This document shows positions 62,916-64,000 of a stretch of 64,000 bases of DNA, in pieces. The first letter of the stretch is position 1. Each line of letters begins with the position of its first letter. This DNA is from Octopus sinensis (lineage: Eukaryota). The DNA is taken from positions 1 through 64,000 of the forward strand of contig NW_021832538.1 of NCBI RefSeq assembly GCF_006345805.1, read 5' to 3'. Below the pieces are notes generated by a model. That model ran no database searches and was not told the origin of the DNA. It was given only the letters and a program-made list of their open reading frames with translations. A program made the translations under genes and the position numbers.

Positions 62916-64000
62916 ATATTGTAGACATAGGTAAATCGATGACGAACGACGAATCTAAAATCAAAAACATCAAAGGGATGTTCAGAGTGAATATTATTCG
63001 TTTGACGCTCAGCGAAAGTTTTAGAGGGGAAAAATGAAAACTAGGAATATGACGTTTCGAGCATAGCTCTTCGTCGTAGAAATATATACATATGTATATG
63101 TAAATATAGGATGTTGATATATAACACATGTGTAGAAATGCGTTAGCTTTTTATCGTCATTATCAACAACACAACCACCAATAACTATACCATTCTCATT
63201 ACTAATACTTTACTCCTGAGATGAAAGTCTGTTGAGGATCACTGGTACTTCACCGCCGTCATCACGAATAAACGACAAAGTATCGGTGGGACCGATTTCT
63301 TGCCTGCTTCCACCCTTATCTACTGCTATGATGATGTGGACGGTGGTGGTGGTGATGATAGCGATGGTGGTTTTCACTGTTTATGTTTATTTGTTGGTGG
63401 AATATATCGAAAGATGCCTCGAGAATGTCTGAAAGAACGAGAGCGAGAGAAGGTAGGGTACGGATAGGGTAGGAGTGAATGAATGCTTATGAAAAGCTGT
63501 TTGGTGGGATGGGAAAGAGAATCGAAATATTACCCACACCGCCACCCCTACACTTCAAATTGCCTTTTTATTTCATCTCTGCCGACGTGTTTTATATTTT
63601 TATAGCTCTTTGGAAATGTAATTAAGGCAAACGATTCATAACCGTAGTGGCTGCAATAACAATAACAAACGCCAATAAAAGAACGATGACAACTAAACAA
63701 TAGTAATAAACACATTAGCGACAACACTCAACAACATCTAAGAAGGCAACATTAATAACAACAACATATGGTTGCTACATTTATCAATAGCGGGTCCTAC
63801 GTCGATTTCGACGATGAACATTCAATTGTCCGATCAACCACAATAACCTGCTCGTATGAACGTGTAAACAGATTGCGTATTCCTATTTTCTTTATTGCCC
63901 ACAAGGGGCTATTTTATTTATATTGCGTATTCCACCAAGCTGAATGTATGTATGAGAGATAAAGCTCCTTCCCTAGTTAGATAAACTAATAGGACCGGTT

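Overview
This is eukaryotic, AT-rich, extremely microsatellite- and SINE-dense DNA. The repeat families and (TATG)n/(ATT)n/(GAT)n density suggest an octopus genome (inference, no search run). The only well-supported host protein gene is an intronless Frizzled 9/10-type receptor (ATG 29698 to stop 31470, + strand, 590 aa), preceded by two overlapping upstream ORFs. The rest is mostly mobile-element debris: four SINE-like families (labelled A-D here), RTE-type LINE fragments (two with clear TSDs), R4/Dong-type fragments, a Helitron Pif1-helicase fragment, two non-autonomous Helitron/HINE-like copies and several MITEs. Nearly all ORFs in the supplied track are microsatellite artefacts. The most interesting observations are: (1) two copies of a composite element with a tRNA-like head, an (AAT)n tract and inverted arms whose consensus folds as a Penelope-type minimal hammerhead ribozyme; (2) SINE B head-to-tail arrays always joined at the same GGTATTT site; (3) a CpG-depleted ~5 kb domain with candidate minus-strand exons, possibly an unannotated gene or lncRNA; (4) candidate TCF, CTCF and uORF regulatory elements around Frizzled. 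Novelty could not be checked without database searches.
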